Positions 10,127 through 21,416 of a stretch of DNA of 64,000 bases are shown here, piece after piece; position 1 is the stretch's first letter, and every line of letters begins with the position of its first letter. The position numbers and the translations under genes were made by a program. This DNA comes from Treponemataceae bacterium (GTDB taxonomy: Bacteria > Spirochaetota > Spirochaetia > Treponematales > Rectinemataceae). The stretch spans positions 704,001 through 768,000 of the forward strand of contig CAXXHO010000005.1 in NCBI GenBank assembly GCA_963667725.2, written 5' to 3'. The notes under the pieces are model-generated. The model was given only the letters and a program-made list of their open reading frames with translations. It did not search any database and had not been told where the DNA came from.

Positions 10127-10957
10127 CTACCATTTTGTTGCAAATCGAAATCCTGCTTTTGATAAAATAGCTTTAATAGGTTTTCTTAGTTTTGTTGGTA
10201 CAATAAGAGTACTATAAAAGTAAAATCTCATCTTTAAGATTCCTAAATTTGATACAAATCCACGCTTTTGATATTCAATATCATTATACCCATGTTTTTT
10301 GAATTTTTTTACAGCTGAAGGAATCCATTTCCCCATAGTCGCCATATGGACAGAATGCAACAAAGGACGTCTGTCGGAAACATAATCAACATAATAAGCT
10401 TCTTTACTGTCTGCCGCATTTTTAGAAAATTCGTTTTCTAAATCCCAGGCAGTTTTTGACCCATCTCCAAGTATATTTAGAATTTCATTTCTATCCCAAA
10501 TAGAAGTACCTATTGAAACACCGTATGCTTTATTTCTTGGTATCATCTCAACATTACGATTGTCTTTGTACTGTATATATTTACGATTGTATGGCTTAGA
10601 AATGGGCAATCTATAGTATTTAATTTTGTTTTTTTCGATAAAATCGAGTACTTCTTCTATTTCATCGCTATAAACCTTATCGAAAATATAAAAATCATCA
10701 CATGATAAAAGTATAAAGGGGCTTTTTGTTTGGCTAATCGTATTGATCGCCGCTTTGGTCCAAGTTACATCTTTACCGCATAATACCGTTTCCGCCACAT
10801 CGCTGTGCAAATCACATTCTTGCTCAGCTACTAGAATCCTATATTTACAATCTTTCCAGTTTAATTTTAAGTAATAAAGATAGTATTCAACAATGTCTCT
10901 GTACTTGTCACAGCTTATAACAATAATAGACATTCGATTATCCATTTCCATTTTCAA
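10127..10957 (-). CDS. Hypothetical glycosyltransferase-like protein
   Basis: SCDKY and LLSCDDF (DxD-like) motifs; polysaccharide locus context. Confidence 0.5.
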   Translation of the reverse strand: MKMEMDNRMSIIVISCDKYRDIVEYYLYYLKLNWKDCKYRILVAEQECDLHSDVAETVLCGKDVTWTKAAINTISQTKSPFILLSCDDFYIFDKVYSDEIEEVLDFIEKNKIKYYRLPISKPYNRKYIQYKDNRNVEMIPRNKAYGVSIGTSIWDRNEILNILGDGSKTAWDLENEFSKNAADSKEAYYVDYVSDRRPLLHSVHMATMGKWIPSAVKKFKKHGYNDIEYQKRGFVSNLGILKMRFYFYSTLIVPTKLRKPIKAILSKAGFRFATKW

Positions 10958-11229
10958 TTCCCTTCAATTTAGATTAGCCAGCAACATCTGACTTGTTGTA
11001 TCATTAATAAATCAAAACTACAAAGCGTTTAATTGTAAACAGTGAATTCTCACCATTACGAAATGTACATCCGTAAGAAGAAGGATCGATCCTGTAGGGT
11101 AGTAGCGCAAGGCGTTCTTTTTTCATCGTTGCCTTCGGTAGACAAGATCATGGACAACATTGACGTTACTTCTATGGATTAGGCATTCTGTAAAAGACAG
11201 GAAACTAGTGTTATTGCTTTTCCCTCAGT

Positions 11230-12114
11230 CTAATATATCAGTGAACCGTCTGCTACCTTTTTCAGGTGTGCTCCATATGGAGATTTACCATACCTATTAG
11301 CAGATTCAATCAATTCTTTCTTTGAAATCCATCCATTTCGATAAGCGATTTCTTCAGGTGCAGAAATCTTAACACCTTGACGCTTTTCTATTACTTGCAC
11401 AAATGTGGAAGCATCAATAAGGCTATCCATCGTACCTGTGTCTAGCCAAGCAAAGCCACGACCAAGAATCTGACCCTTTAGAGTGCCATCTTGTAGGTAC
11501 ATATTATTAAGGGTAGTTATTTCTAACTCCCCGCGAGTTGAAGGCTTTACTTTCTTTGCAAAATCGACTACACGTCTATCATAGAAGTATAGCCCGGTTA
11601 TACAATAGTTTGATTTCGGATGCTCCGGTTTTTCTTCTACAGATAAAATATTCCAATCCTTATCAAATTCCATAATACCGAAGCGCTCTGGATCGTTTAC
11701 ATAGTAGCCGAAAATTGTAGCATAGCCATTCTCAGCGTTTACTACAGCCTCTCTCAGGAACTTTCCAAGCCCTCCACCATAAAAAATGTTGTCACCAAGA
11801 ATCATTGCACAAAAATCATCGCCAATGAACTCTTCACCGATAATAAAGGCCTGAGCAAGGCCATCAGGATTCGCCTGCACGCTGTAAGAGAGATTAATGC
11901 CAAACTGATGTCCTTCTCCGAGCAACCTCTTAAAGTTCGGCAAATCTGACGGTGTAGAAATGATAAGTATGTCCTTTATTTCCGCCAACATCAGGGTTGA
12001 TAGCGGGTAATATATCATCGGCTTATCATAGACAGGCAGCAATTGTTTAGAGGTTACCATGGTTAATGGATACAACCGTGTCCCTGCTCCACCAGCTAGA
12101 ATGATTCCTTTCAT
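11230..12114 (-). CDS. rfbA: Glucose-1-phosphate thymidylyltransferase
   Basis: [47 protein letters not shown]. Confidence 0.97.
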   Translation of the reverse strand: MKGIILAGGAGTRLYPLTMVTSKQLLPVYDKPMIYYPLSTLMLAEIKDILIISTPSDLPNFKRLLGEGHQFGINLSYSVQANPDGLAQAFIIGEEFIGDDFCAMILGDNIFYGGGLGKFLREAVVNAENGYATIFGYYVNDPERFGIMEFDKDWNILSVEEKPEHPKSNYCITGLYFYDRRVVDFAKKVKPSTRGELEITTLNNMYLQDGTLKGQILGRGFAWLDTGTMDSLIDASTFVQVIEKRQGVKISAPEEIAYRNGWISKKELIESANRYGKSPYGAHLKKVADGSLIY

Positions 12115-13055
12115 ATCGCACCTCCCATGTTTTTGTAATTTATAAATTCGCTATAATCTCTTATGTAGTCATCTGCTCTAAAATAATCAGATGCCGCAAC
12201 ACAGAGAACAGAGTCTTTCTTAAGCCACAGCATTTCTCGCCATATTGTATGTTGAATTACGATTCCAATCGATGGATCATTTAGAATTATTTCCTCTCGA
12301 TTTTTACCGTTATCAAGCACCAATTTTATCTTTCCATAAGGGCAGAAAAGAAGCTGCTCCAATTCTTTGTGAGCGTGGAATCCACGTCTAACTCCTTCCG
12401 GTACTTTTGAGATGTAATATATCCGCTTTACATTAAAAGGTATGTCATGATTTGCTTCAAAGAATGAAAGCTCGCCAGCATCCACTGTGGGAATTGTTTT
12501 TATCTTGATTATCCTACAGCCCGCTACTTCTCCTCTTTTCATTGTTTTATTTTGATAGTCATCACCATTCAATATAGAATACCATATGAGATTTTTCACA
12601 CCCTCATACCTATAGAGTATTTCATTAGGAATGTCGAGTGCTTCTTGGAAATCATGCTTATTATAAAATCTGCAAGCACGCTCATTCGCTTTAGAAACGC
12701 ACCAATATATACTATTTAATCTCAATTCTTCAAAGGCAACACGGATAATTTCCACCATCCCAAACCACGAATATCCTTTGCCCATTGAAGCTTTTCTAAC
12801 GGTTATTGCAAACTCAGCATTTCCTGCCTCTTTATCAATGTGCTTAAGGCTTACAGTACCCATGTACTCATCGGCATCAGATGCTATTGTCATGTGAAGA
12901 TTATTTGAAGTATCTGCACTAGATTCAATAAATTTCTCGCAATCCTGAAGACTTTTGTGTGCAAAATTAGTCGATAAATTATTCGTAACATCATCGTCAT
13001 GCATCCATTCTAACATAAGAGGCGCATCTTCAATTTTTAACTTTCGCAAATACAT
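12111..13055 (-). CDS. GNAT acetyltransferase fused to an FdtA/QdtA-type cupin 3,4-ketoisomerase
   Basis: N-terminal GNAT ([19 protein letters not shown]); C-terminal [27 protein letters not shown]. Confidence 0.85.
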   Translation of the reverse strand: MYLRKLKIEDAPLMLEWMHDDDVTNNLSTNFAHKSLQDCEKFIESSADTSNNLHMTIASDADEYMGTVSLKHIDKEAGNAEFAITVRKASMGKGYSWFGMVEIIRVAFEELRLNSIYWCVSKANERACRFYNKHDFQEALDIPNEILYRYEGVKNLIWYSILNGDDYQNKTMKRGEVAGCRIIKIKTIPTVDAGELSFFEANHDIPFNVKRIYYISKVPEGVRRGFHAHKELEQLLFCPYGKIKLVLDNGKNREEIILNDPSIGIVIQHTIWREMLWLKKDSVLCVAASDYFRADDYIRDYSEFINYKNMGGAI

Positions 13056-13070
13056 AGTTTTTATCCCTCT

Positions 13071-14189
13071 TTAATAATTATTTAGCGTATCAATAATGTA
13101 TTGTATTTCTTCATCTTTGAGCCCAATATAAATTGGGAGGCTCAACTCATGTGCTGCATAGTATTCAGCCTTCGGAATTTGCCCAGCTTTGTAGCCTAAA
13201 TCTTTGTAGCACACAGCCAGATGGCAAGAAATCGGATAGTGAATTTGGGTTTGAATTCCCTCTGCTTTCAAGTAATCATGTAATCCATCACGATCTTCAC
13301 AGATGATCGGAAACACATGGAAAATATGATAAGTGCCAGGTCTGACTTCTGGAACCATTAATTTTTTATTTTTTATTCCATCAATGTATTTTGCAGCAAT
13401 TTTATTGCGTTCCATGTTTCCTGCATCAACATACTTTAGACTGACACCAGTAATAGCTGCCTGAATCTCGTCCATACGACTATTAATGCCAAGCAGTTCG
13501 TGCTTATACTTAATTTTACTGCCATAATTTCGTAGCATACTAATACGATCAGCAAGTTCATCATCGTTGGTTGTCACGGCACCAGAATCACCAAAAGACC
13601 CGATAGGCTTCATCGGATAGAAACTGAAGCATGCAACATCACTAAAAGTTCCGCACATTCTTCCTTTGTAAAGAGCACCATGACTCTGAGCACAGTCTTC
13701 GACAACTTTAAGATTATACTTCTTTGCAATTACCATTATTGCATCCATTTCACATGCCTGACCATAGAGATGTACAACCATTACTGCCTTTGTTTTTTCG
13801 GTTATTGCAGCTTCTAATGCCTGGGGATCAATACCGAAGTAATTATCCGCTTCTACGAACACCGGTTTTGCACCATTCTGTGTTATAGCCAACGCTGTAG
13901 CAATGAAAGTATTCGTTTGAACGATTACTTCATCTCCCTTTTTAATACCAGATGCTGATAAAGCAAGACGAAGAGCATCAAGACCATTACCCACTCCGAT
14001 ACAGTGTTTGGCTCCCATGTATTTTGCATAATCAATCTCAAACTTTTTTAGCTCATTCCCAAGGATATACCATCCTGAACGAAGCGCACGAAGAGCAGCT
14101 TCTTCATACTCATTCTGGTATTTAATGTATTGTCGACTTATTTCCGCGAAACTAATATTCATTTTAATCCTCCATTTGTCTAATATCAT
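13071..14189 (-). CDS. fdtB: dTDP-3-amino-3,6-dideoxyhexose aminotransferase (FdtB/QdtB-like)
   Basis: [44 protein letters not shown]; next to the FdtA-like gene and rfbA. Confidence 0.8.
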   Translation of the reverse strand: MILDKWRIKMNISFAEISRQYIKYQNEYEEAALRALRSGWYILGNELKKFEIDYAKYMGAKHCIGVGNGLDALRLALSASGIKKGDEVIVQTNTFIATALAITQNGAKPVFVEADNYFGIDPQALEAAITEKTKAVMVVHLYGQACEMDAIMVIAKKYNLKVVEDCAQSHGALYKGRMCGTFSDVACFSFYPMKPIGSFGDSGAVTTNDDELADRISMLRNYGSKIKYKHELLGINSRMDEIQAAITGVSLKYVDAGNMERNKIAAKYIDGIKNKKLMVPEVRPGTYHIFHVFPIICEDRDGLHDYLKAEGIQTQIHYPISCHLAVCYKDLGYKAGQIPKAEYYAAHELSLPIYIGLKDEEIQYIIDTLNNY

Positions 14190-14225
14190 GAATTCTCTTT
14201 AGATACTTAATTTCCGAAATTGAAT

Positions 14226-15755
14226 TTAAATTCTCTTTTTTACTTCAAATACGCTTAATATAATTAAAATTTCTTTACACCGCATAATTAAAAGCATTAA
14301 TATATACAAAGTGAGACCTGCAATAGTAACAACGCTAAACCTTAAATATAATGAAATTCCTGTCATTCTTTTTTTCATTAACAATATTACTATAGCCATA
14401 ATACTCACACTTAGCATCGATTTTATGACTGTTGGTAACATCTCGCGTATACTAATAATATAAAGACTCTTTTTAGCTTTCACAAAAATCAATATTGTAG
14501 TAAATAGTATCGAAAATACTATTGATATGACAACACCCGATACTCCTAGCCTTTTTGATAAAAAATAGGCTGTAATTGCAGTTACAAAAAGTGATATACT
14601 ACTATTAATCATAGGAATTTTTGTTTGCTTTTTCGTATAATATACACGAATCAACAAATTTCTAATACTGTCAAAAACAAAAGCTATTGAATATATAAAT
14701 AAACAATTGGCTGTAGCTGTTATTGCATTTTGATCAAATTGTCCTCGACCAAATGTAATGCTTACAATGTCATTCGAAAATATAGCAGAGATAACCGATA
14801 TTGGCAGCAATACCACTATGATGATTCTCAATGCATGAGATACTAGAGAAGTAAATCTAATATTATCTTCAATTGCAACTGACGATATTTCCGTATAATA
14901 TACTGTTATAATTGTTGTGGAAATTAATGTTGAAATAAAGTTGAATAATGTGTTTGAGTAAGATAAAATTGATACCGCTCTAGTCCCTGTGCCAGATGTA
15001 ATTATCCTAGTAATAAGTTGATTAAGTTCAATCGTTGCATTACTCAACAACACAGGGACAATTAAAAGTAAATATTTTTTTAATTCCCGAGTGAAAATGT
15101 GAATTGTTGGAATATAAAGAATATACTTCTGTGTCTTAGTTATTAATAATATTAGCTGAAGAAAGAATGAGAATGGCACTGAAATAGCAAGAGCTGTAAC
15201 GCCGATATACTCCTTAAGTAGAACCATACAAAGAATGGATGTAATACTATAAATTATTGAAGCTAACGCACCATAACCATACACGCTTTCAGCATTCAAT
15301 ATGCCCGTCAGCATGCTAGTTAGTAAAGAAAACAATATTGTTAATGAGTAAATGCGGATATATAGGACAACTTCGTCAAATACTTCTCCTGTATATGATG
15401 GAACTATAAGTTTTGATATAAGGGGTGCTCCAATATATAAAAAGATAATTATTATTATAGCAAACAGCGAAAGCGCTGTGAGCAGAGAGGAACAGATAAT
15501 ATAAGTTTCTCTCTTACCTTTTATTGCTTTGGTCTGTATATAAAATGGCACAAATGTCACTGCTAAAGCAGAAGTCATTCCAAAAAAGACATTTGTCACA
15601 AATCCAGATGCTACAAAATATGCATCCGTACTACTTGATGCACCATAAAAACCAGCTATTGCCATTTCACGAATCAGACTTATCAACTTAGATGTCATCA
15701 TTAAAACAGTCAGTATTCCAATGGATTTAGCGACATTATTTTTTTTATTCGTCAT
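14226..15755 (-). CDS. murJ: MurJ/MviN-like polysaccharide flippase
   Basis: SKLISLIRE..FYGAS..TDAYFVA, FGRGQFD; multi-pass hydrophobic protein. Confidence 0.8.
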   Translation of the reverse strand: MTNKKNNVAKSIGILTVLMMTSKLISLIREMAIAGFYGASSSTDAYFVASGFVTNVFFGMTSALAVTFVPFYIQTKAIKGKRETYIICSSLLTALSLFAIIIIIFLYIGAPLISKLIVPSYTGEVFDEVVLYIRIYSLTILFSLLTSMLTGILNAESVYGYGALASIIYSITSILCMVLLKEYIGVTALAISVPFSFFLQLILLITKTQKYILYIPTIHIFTRELKKYLLLIVPVLLSNATIELNQLITRIITSGTGTRAVSILSYSNTLFNFISTLISTTIITVYYTEISSVAIEDNIRFTSLVSHALRIIIVVLLPISVISAIFSNDIVSITFGRGQFDQNAITATANCLFIYSIAFVFDSIRNLLIRVYYTKKQTKIPMINSSISLFVTAITAYFLSKRLGVSGVVISIVFSILFTTILIFVKAKKSLYIISIREMLPTVIKSMLSVSIMAIVILLMKKRMTGISLYLRFSVVTIAGLTLYILMLLIMRCKEILIILSVFEVKKRI

Positions 15756-15855
15756 ATTCTTCGCCTTTTTATATATGCATATCTTATCTTTGCTCGTATA
15801 TCACTCTCCCTGATAAGATTAATAGTATTACTCTCTATGATATATGTTTACTACA

Positions 15856-17043
15856 CTAAACTATTTTTATCCTGCTTTCAATGTCTTGTTTTCTCATCAT
15901 AAGTCCAACAAACATGAAAATATATATGTTCTGTAGATACGTCCCAGAGAATTGGAGCATCACAAATCCAAGAGTTAAAAATATGAACCCTAAATCTTTA
16001 TAAATTGATGAATGCATAATAATTGACTTTATAACTATAAATGTAACATAAATTGCAAGGAGTCCACCAATTATCACCCCAAAGTCAATCAATAATTCTA
16101 AATATAAGTTGTGCGGATATGAATTATTAATCAGTCCTAATTCGCCTGATGCTCCATATCCAAGAATTGATCTATCTCTAATTAATTCCATTGCATTCTT
16201 CTGAATCATAAGCCTTCCACTATCATTGAATATTGTCTCAGAAAGTATGGTTTTTAGAGTCCGGCTTCCCATTCCTTGATTAACTAGATAATTATTAAGT
16301 GAGGTAGCAAAGAATCGATAATTGCCAGTAAAAATGACTAATACTATTCCAAATAAAACAACAATTCGACGAACTTTTTTATCATCAATTCCAAATATTG
16401 CTTTTAATAATATAAATATACCATAGCAGAACAATGGTCCCCTCGCACCATATACCACAATCATAGTTAATTCAAATAACACAAACAAAGTATTGAGAAA
16501 ACGGCATCCATCTCTTCTGAAAACTTCATTTGTCTGGATTATTGCACATAACAAAACTAAATACGAGAAGGCCATATCATACTCAACTAAATGGTTTCTA
16601 TTAAAGTAATGGAGAGTCAAAACAACTCCCATGAAGTAAGATGTGCTTAATATTTTAGAATATAAGCAGTTCAAATCCCCAATTGCATACAAAAAAACTA
16701 AATATGGTATGCATAATAAAAGTGTTATAATTGTATATGGTAGTATATTCTCTGGAAGCAGGAAACCAGATAGCCAGGCATATAAGTAGCTAATTCCAAA
16801 GAATGTTTCTAATAATACTAAAATAAGCAACTCACTATTTTTAAGATATTTTAAACAAAGCAAAACAGCCAAAAAACTACCGCAAAATCTGATATAAGTA
16901 TAAAACATATCTGAAAATGGCAAGTAATTTAGAATAAATCTCCCTTCAATAATAACAACAGTAAGCATCAAGTAAATGCATATAGCCCTGCTCATTACAA
17001 TGTCTTTTTTGCTATATGCTAATCTATCTTTTGCTTTTCTCAC
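15856..17043 (-). CDS. O-antigen ligase / Wzy polymerase family membrane protein
   Basis: Many hydrophobic segments; GARGP, SGR..., YPHNLYLE motif. Confidence 0.75.
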   Translation of the reverse strand: MRKAKDRLAYSKKDIVMSRAICIYLMLTVVIIEGRFILNYLPFSDMFYTYIRFCGSFLAVLLCLKYLKNSELLILVLLETFFGISYLYAWLSGFLLPENILPYTIITLLLCIPYLVFLYAIGDLNCLYSKILSTSYFMGVVLTLHYFNRNHLVEYDMAFSYLVLLCAIIQTNEVFRRDGCRFLNTLFVLFELTMIVVYGARGPLFCYGIFILLKAIFGIDDKKVRRIVVLFGIVLVIFTGNYRFFATSLNNYLVNQGMGSRTLKTILSETIFNDSGRLMIQKNAMELIRDRSILGYGASGELGLINNSYPHNLYLELLIDFGVIIGGLLAIYVTFIVIKSIIMHSSIYKDLGFIFLTLGFVMLQFSGTYLQNIYIFMFVGLMMRKQDIESRIKIV

Positions 17044-17068
17044 AGTAATGCTCTTTTAATTAAAAATT

Positions 17069-17770
17069 GGGGCTGTACTAGATAAAAGTCTAAATTGAGC
17101 ACCATTTTCTAAGAATTTTAAGTTGATTCTTTGGTGTTCCGTAGTTGAATCGGAACTCACATTCTTTCAGGAACAAATAGAAATATTTCTTTTCTATTCC
17201 ATTGTACTTTCTTAAGACTCTCTTAGCCTGGTTCCAGAAGTTTTCAATTCCGTTAATGTGATTCTTTTCATCAACAAATATATCTGAATGATTTATTCGA
17301 AGATGATGGAATTCACTAACATCCAATGCATCGTAACTATGATAGGCATCAGTATAGACAACGCTATCGGGCTTGATTTTTCGGGCTATTTCGTTCATTA
17401 AGGTCTTTGTCTTGGTATTCTCCACAACAACGGTGAAAACCTTGCCATGGCGCTTTAGCATGCCAAAGACGACTACTTTCCCAGCAGCGCCTCGGCCTCG
17501 TTTATTTTTTCGAACTCCACCGAAGTAGCTTTCATCGATTTCTACTTCGCCATTGAATACTTCTGCTGCTTCCTGGGCTAAATAGAAAGCAATAACTTGA
17601 CGAATTTTCCGATAGAAAAGAGCTGCAGAATTAGGATGAATTTCTAGTATATTTGCAGCAGATCTAGCAGTTACTTCTAGCACAAAGAATTCGAGGAGTC
17701 TTTCTTGTGTTCTTTTCATTAACCTGCAATGACTTATGATCACTTTTTAAGTATAACATCCGATTATCTG
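17069..17770 (-). mobile_element. IS1595-family (IS1016-like) element; transposase at 17090..17743
   Basis: EIDESYFGG, VYTD, HINGIENFW..KECEFRFN; terminal GGGGCTGTACTAGATAA at 17069; the other terminal repeat is incomplete. Confidence 0.88.
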
Positions 17771-17958
17771 CTTTTAGGCTCCCGCCAAACACCATGTCAA
17801 ACTGATCAAATTCAGGCGTATACTCTGGAATTCTGTACATCTTCGCCTTCAAAGTGCACGACTTTTTTATGCTTTTCTTCAATTTCCGTGCATTTTTCCG
17901 GTCCATTATACCACATATTCCTTTGTCTGATTTAACTTTATTACTTTTTCAGGAGCCC
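17765..17958 (-). mobile_element. IS5-family 5' remnant
   Basis: End GGGGCTCCTGAAAAAG followed by MYRIPEYTPEFDQFDMVFGGSLKADNR, resembling IS5-type N-termini (FGGKL..DNRW). Confidence 0.6.
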
Positions 17959-17971
17959 CTATATATCAATG

Positions 17972-19069
17972 CTACAATCTATAAATAGAATCAAGTATTA
18001 TTACTTTTTCATCCCAGCAGTATTCATGAGCCTTTTTTAGTTCGTTTTTAGCAAATTTTGATAATAATTCTGGTTCTTTCATAATCTTCATAATTGCACC
18101 ACGAATTATATCTGAATTATCAGTATCAACAGCAAGACCAAATCCATTAGCCTCAACTCTATTGCCAATTGCCAAGCCCTTCGTTGCAATCATAGGAGTT
18201 CCTGTATGAATTGCCTCAAAATACTTTACAACCTCGGCAACACCCTGCATATTTGGATCATCGCGATTATACCCGCAGAATAAAATATCTGTGTTGTTAT
18301 AAAGAAATTCAGAATCCTTAATCCCATTATAAGGACCATTAATATGTACATTATAGTAATTGGATTCTAACTTCTTTAGTATAGGAAAATCTATACCTCC
18401 ACCATTGATGTCTACTCTCACGTTATCCAATCCTTTAACTGACTCAAATAAAGCAGTAAATGGCTTTATCATTCCCCTGACAACGCCATGATATCCTATT
18501 CTGAGAATTGGAGATTCAACCTTTGAAACATTATTAAAAGTTACTCTATCTGGATAATTCTTCAAGGGATAGAGTTTATCTTGTACCTTGCTGTATGCAG
18601 GTTCCAGATATGCATCATTTTCGTAGAGTGCTGCGTAACTGTGCTTAATCAACCATTCTACTAAATCATGCTTAAAGCACTTCTTTGGTGGATAATTGCC
18701 TTCATAGAACTCATGCATATCAAATACATATGGCATTTTTTTACTATGTAAAGCAAACCCAATTAAAGTATCCAACTTATCATGACAGTGGAGATAATTT
18801 GGAGATTTGTTTTTGATATATTTTTTACATTCATATGCAAATTTAAGAAAAGCAACAATCTGCTTCTTCCCCGAACCATACATAGACGGAATCTGGAAGC
18901 GGACTATTTCAATACCGTCAATTATTTCCTTTAGAGGCCTTTTAGCGCTGATATCTCGATCCCAGCAGAGTATCGTAACCTGAATTCCACGAGACACAAG
19001 GTACTTTGCTTCTTTATATACTCTGACATCCGGATGAAATCCATTGTCAAGTATCATAGTAATATTCAT
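17972..19069 (-). CDS. Glycosyltransferase family 4
   Basis: DVRVYKEA..L, HCHD, DMHEFY, KYFEAIHTGTP. Confidence 0.85.
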   Translation of the reverse strand: MNITMILDNGFHPDVRVYKEAKYLVSRGIQVTILCWDRDISAKRPLKEIIDGIEIVRFQIPSMYGSGKKQIVAFLKFAYECKKYIKNKSPNYLHCHDKLDTLIGFALHSKKMPYVFDMHEFYEGNYPPKKCFKHDLVEWLIKHSYAALYENDAYLEPAYSKVQDKLYPLKNYPDRVTFNNVSKVESPILRIGYHGVVRGMIKPFTALFESVKGLDNVRVDINGGGIDFPILKKLESNYYNVHINGPYNGIKDSEFLYNNTDILFCGYNRDDPNMQGVAEVVKYFEAIHTGTPMIATKGLAIGNRVEANGFGLAVDTDNSDIIRGAIMKIMKEPELLSKFAKNELKKAHEYCWDEKVIILDSIYRL

Positions 19070-19100
19070 AGAATGCCTTAATATTTCTAGTCAATAAATA

Positions 19101-20288
19101 TCAATAAAAACTATCTGCAGCAATAAGCTTTTCGATAATGAACTCTTGTTCTTCCTTCAGCAATTCCGGGTAAATAGGAATTGCAAATGTTTCCTTACAC
19201 AAGATTTCTGTAACAGGTAAATCTCCTGCCACATATCCAAGATTCCAAAATGCCCCCTGCTGATGCAACGCTATAGGATAATATGTACCACAGGGAACTC
19301 CCTCTGCCTTCAGATACTCCATAATCTTTTGAGCATTCTTGTGCCTTAATGCATATATGTAGTATGAATGATAGCTATATTCAGAAACAAAAGGTATGAT
19401 ATAATTCGTTTTTTTTAGCCTTTCATTATAGTTTTCCGCATTATTTCGACGTCCTTCTATGAACTTATCAAGATGAGTAAGCTTCTTTCTAAGGATGGCG
19501 GCTTGAATTGCATCAAGCCTCGAATTGTATCCAATCAAGTAATTGTAATACTTGTCAAAGCCTATAGGCATATCTCTTTGAAGAGTCTCCCCTCTTGCTT
19601 CCAATATTCTCTTCAAGGTATACAATCCATCAGCTCCAGAGCCATGTACCTTTAGAGACTTACATGCACGAGCTATTGCTTCATCATCTGTAAGTATCAT
19701 TCCACCATCACCATCACAACCCAAATTCTTTGTCGGGAAAAATGAGAAACAGGCAACATCGCCAATAATCCTTTTTCTCTCGCCTTTATACCTGGTGCCT
19801 GCAGCTTGAGCACAATCTGCAATTACTTTTATGTTATATTTTATTGCAATAGCTTTGATTACATCCATATCTGCACTTTGGCCATATATATGTACAGGCA
19901 TAATCGCCTTTGTATTAGCTGTTATTTTGCTCTCAATCATACAAGTATCTATACAGTAATTATCTTCGCATACATCAATGAATATTGGTGTAGCCCCAAC
20001 AGTAACTATACTCTCAGCTGTTGCAAAAAAAGTAAAACCTACTGTGATAACCTCATCACCAGGTCCAATGCCTAAAGCACGTAAAGCAAGCACTAAAGCA
20101 TCTGTACCGTTACCGCAAGAAATACCATACTTTACACCATTATACGCAGCGAATTCCTCTTCAAAGGCAGTAACTTCTGGACCACCGACATACTGTCCAC
20201 TACGGAGTACACTCAATACCGCTGCTTCATACTCCACAGCATAGGTTTCATGTTGCCTTTTGATATTCATCAATTGAATCTTTTCCAT
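19101..20288 (-). CDS. DegT-family aminotransferase (WbpE/WlbC-like)
   Basis: GNGTDAL, SFFPTKNLGCDGDGG, NSRLDAIQAA. Confidence 0.88.
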   Translation of the reverse strand: MEKIQLMNIKRQHETYAVEYEAAVLSVLRSGQYVGGPEVTAFEEEFAAYNGVKYGISCGNGTDALVLALRALGIGPGDEVITVGFTFFATAESIVTVGATPIFIDVCEDNYCIDTCMIESKITANTKAIMPVHIYGQSADMDVIKAIAIKYNIKVIADCAQAAGTRYKGERKRIIGDVACFSFFPTKNLGCDGDGGMILTDDEAIARACKSLKVHGSGADGLYTLKRILEARGETLQRDMPIGFDKYYNYLIGYNSRLDAIQAAILRKKLTHLDKFIEGRRNNAENYNERLKKTNYIIPFVSEYSYHSYYIYALRHKNAQKIMEYLKAEGVPCGTYYPIALHQQGAFWNLGYVAGDLPVTEILCKETFAIPIYPELLKEEQEFIIEKLIAADSFY

Positions 20289-20302
20289 TTTGCATCCCTC
20301 TC

Positions 20303-21400
20303 TTACTTTTTATCGAACATGTCTACCATATCTATGGTAGAGAAATCCTTAAGTGGTAGTTTCACAGGTTGTCCTGTTTTTTGGCTCTTGTAAATAGCCA
20401 AGACAATTTCCAGTGCATTCTTTCCAGCCTGAGCATCAACATAAGGTGGGCGATTATTCAGAATTGCACTAATTACATCTGAAAATAAACGGCTATGTCC
20501 GTTACCATAAACATTATTGGTAATTTCAAATAACTTTACATTTTCATCGTCTCTTTCGGTCTCATTCTTGAAATTCCAAACATCTATATTATTAGTAGAT
20601 GCTCCACCCACTTTAACTGTACCATTTTCGCCAAATATATATAAGGTTTCCTCTAAATTTTCTGGGTAGACATTCGTCGTTCCTTCAATTGTTCCAATTG
20701 ACCCATTTTTAAATTTAAGAACAGCCATACCTACGTCCTCAGCTTCTAAATACCTATGAAACTGCTGGCGGGTTACGCCATAAACTTCCTCAACTTCCTC
20801 CCCAAACATCCATCGTAGAAGATCAATACCATGGATGCATTGATTCATTAATGCTCCTCCGTCTTGAGCCCATGTACCACGCCAAGAAGCTTGATCATAA
20901 TAGTTTTTATTTCTATTCCAACGTATACTGATACTACCATGTGATAGTCTGCCAAATCGGCCATTATCCAATGCATCTTTTGTTTTTCGGATTGCTAGAT
21001 TAAACCTATTCTGATGGCATGCAGATACCTTTACATCATTGCGTTTAGCTCTAAGAATAATCTCATCCGCGTCGTTAATACTCATAGCTATGGGCTTTTC
21101 AATAATTACATTAATTCCACAATCAATGCAATATAAAGCTATCTCAGCATGTTTCCCACTTTCCGTAGCAATACTAACTAGGTCCAATTGATTTTCAGAA
21201 ATAAGTTGTTTATAGTCGCTATATCGCTTAATCGATTTATTATTTTGTAAATCGTTTTTTGCTAGCACATTCTCCATTCTTCCTGGAACAATGTCACATA
21301 CACCAACAATTTCAAGGTTGTTTTCTCTTGCTGCAATAATGTGATTCGTTGAAATTCTACCACAACCAATAAGTGCATACTTCATTGGAAATCCTCCCAT
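20303..21400 (-). CDS. Gfo/Idh/MocA oxidoreductase (WbpB/WlbA-like)
   Basis: IGCGRIS, IEKP, WRGTWAQDGGALMNQCIHGIDLL. Confidence 0.88.
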   Translation of the reverse strand: MGGFPMKYALIGCGRISTNHIIAARENNLEIVGVCDIVPGRMENVLAKNDLQNNKSIKRYSDYKQLISENQLDLVSIATESGKHAEIALYCIDCGINVIIEKPIAMSINDADEIILRAKRNDVKVSACHQNRFNLAIRKTKDALDNGRFGRLSHGSISIRWNRNKNYYDQASWRGTWAQDGGALMNQCIHGIDLLRWMFGEEVEEVYGVTRQQFHRYLEAEDVGMAVLKFKNGSIGTIEGTTNVYPENLEETLYIFGENGTVKVGGASTNNIDVWNFKNETERDDENVKLFEITNNVYGNGHSRLFSDVISAILNNRPPYVDAQAGKNALEIVLAIYKSQKTGQPVKLPLKDFSTIDMVDMFDKK

Positions 21401-21416
21401 AATTAATTACTATTTT

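Noticed and set aside
11062..11112. MYIRKKKDRS.. resembling an IS1634 transposase start
   Set aside because: Too short and degenerate to support without a search.
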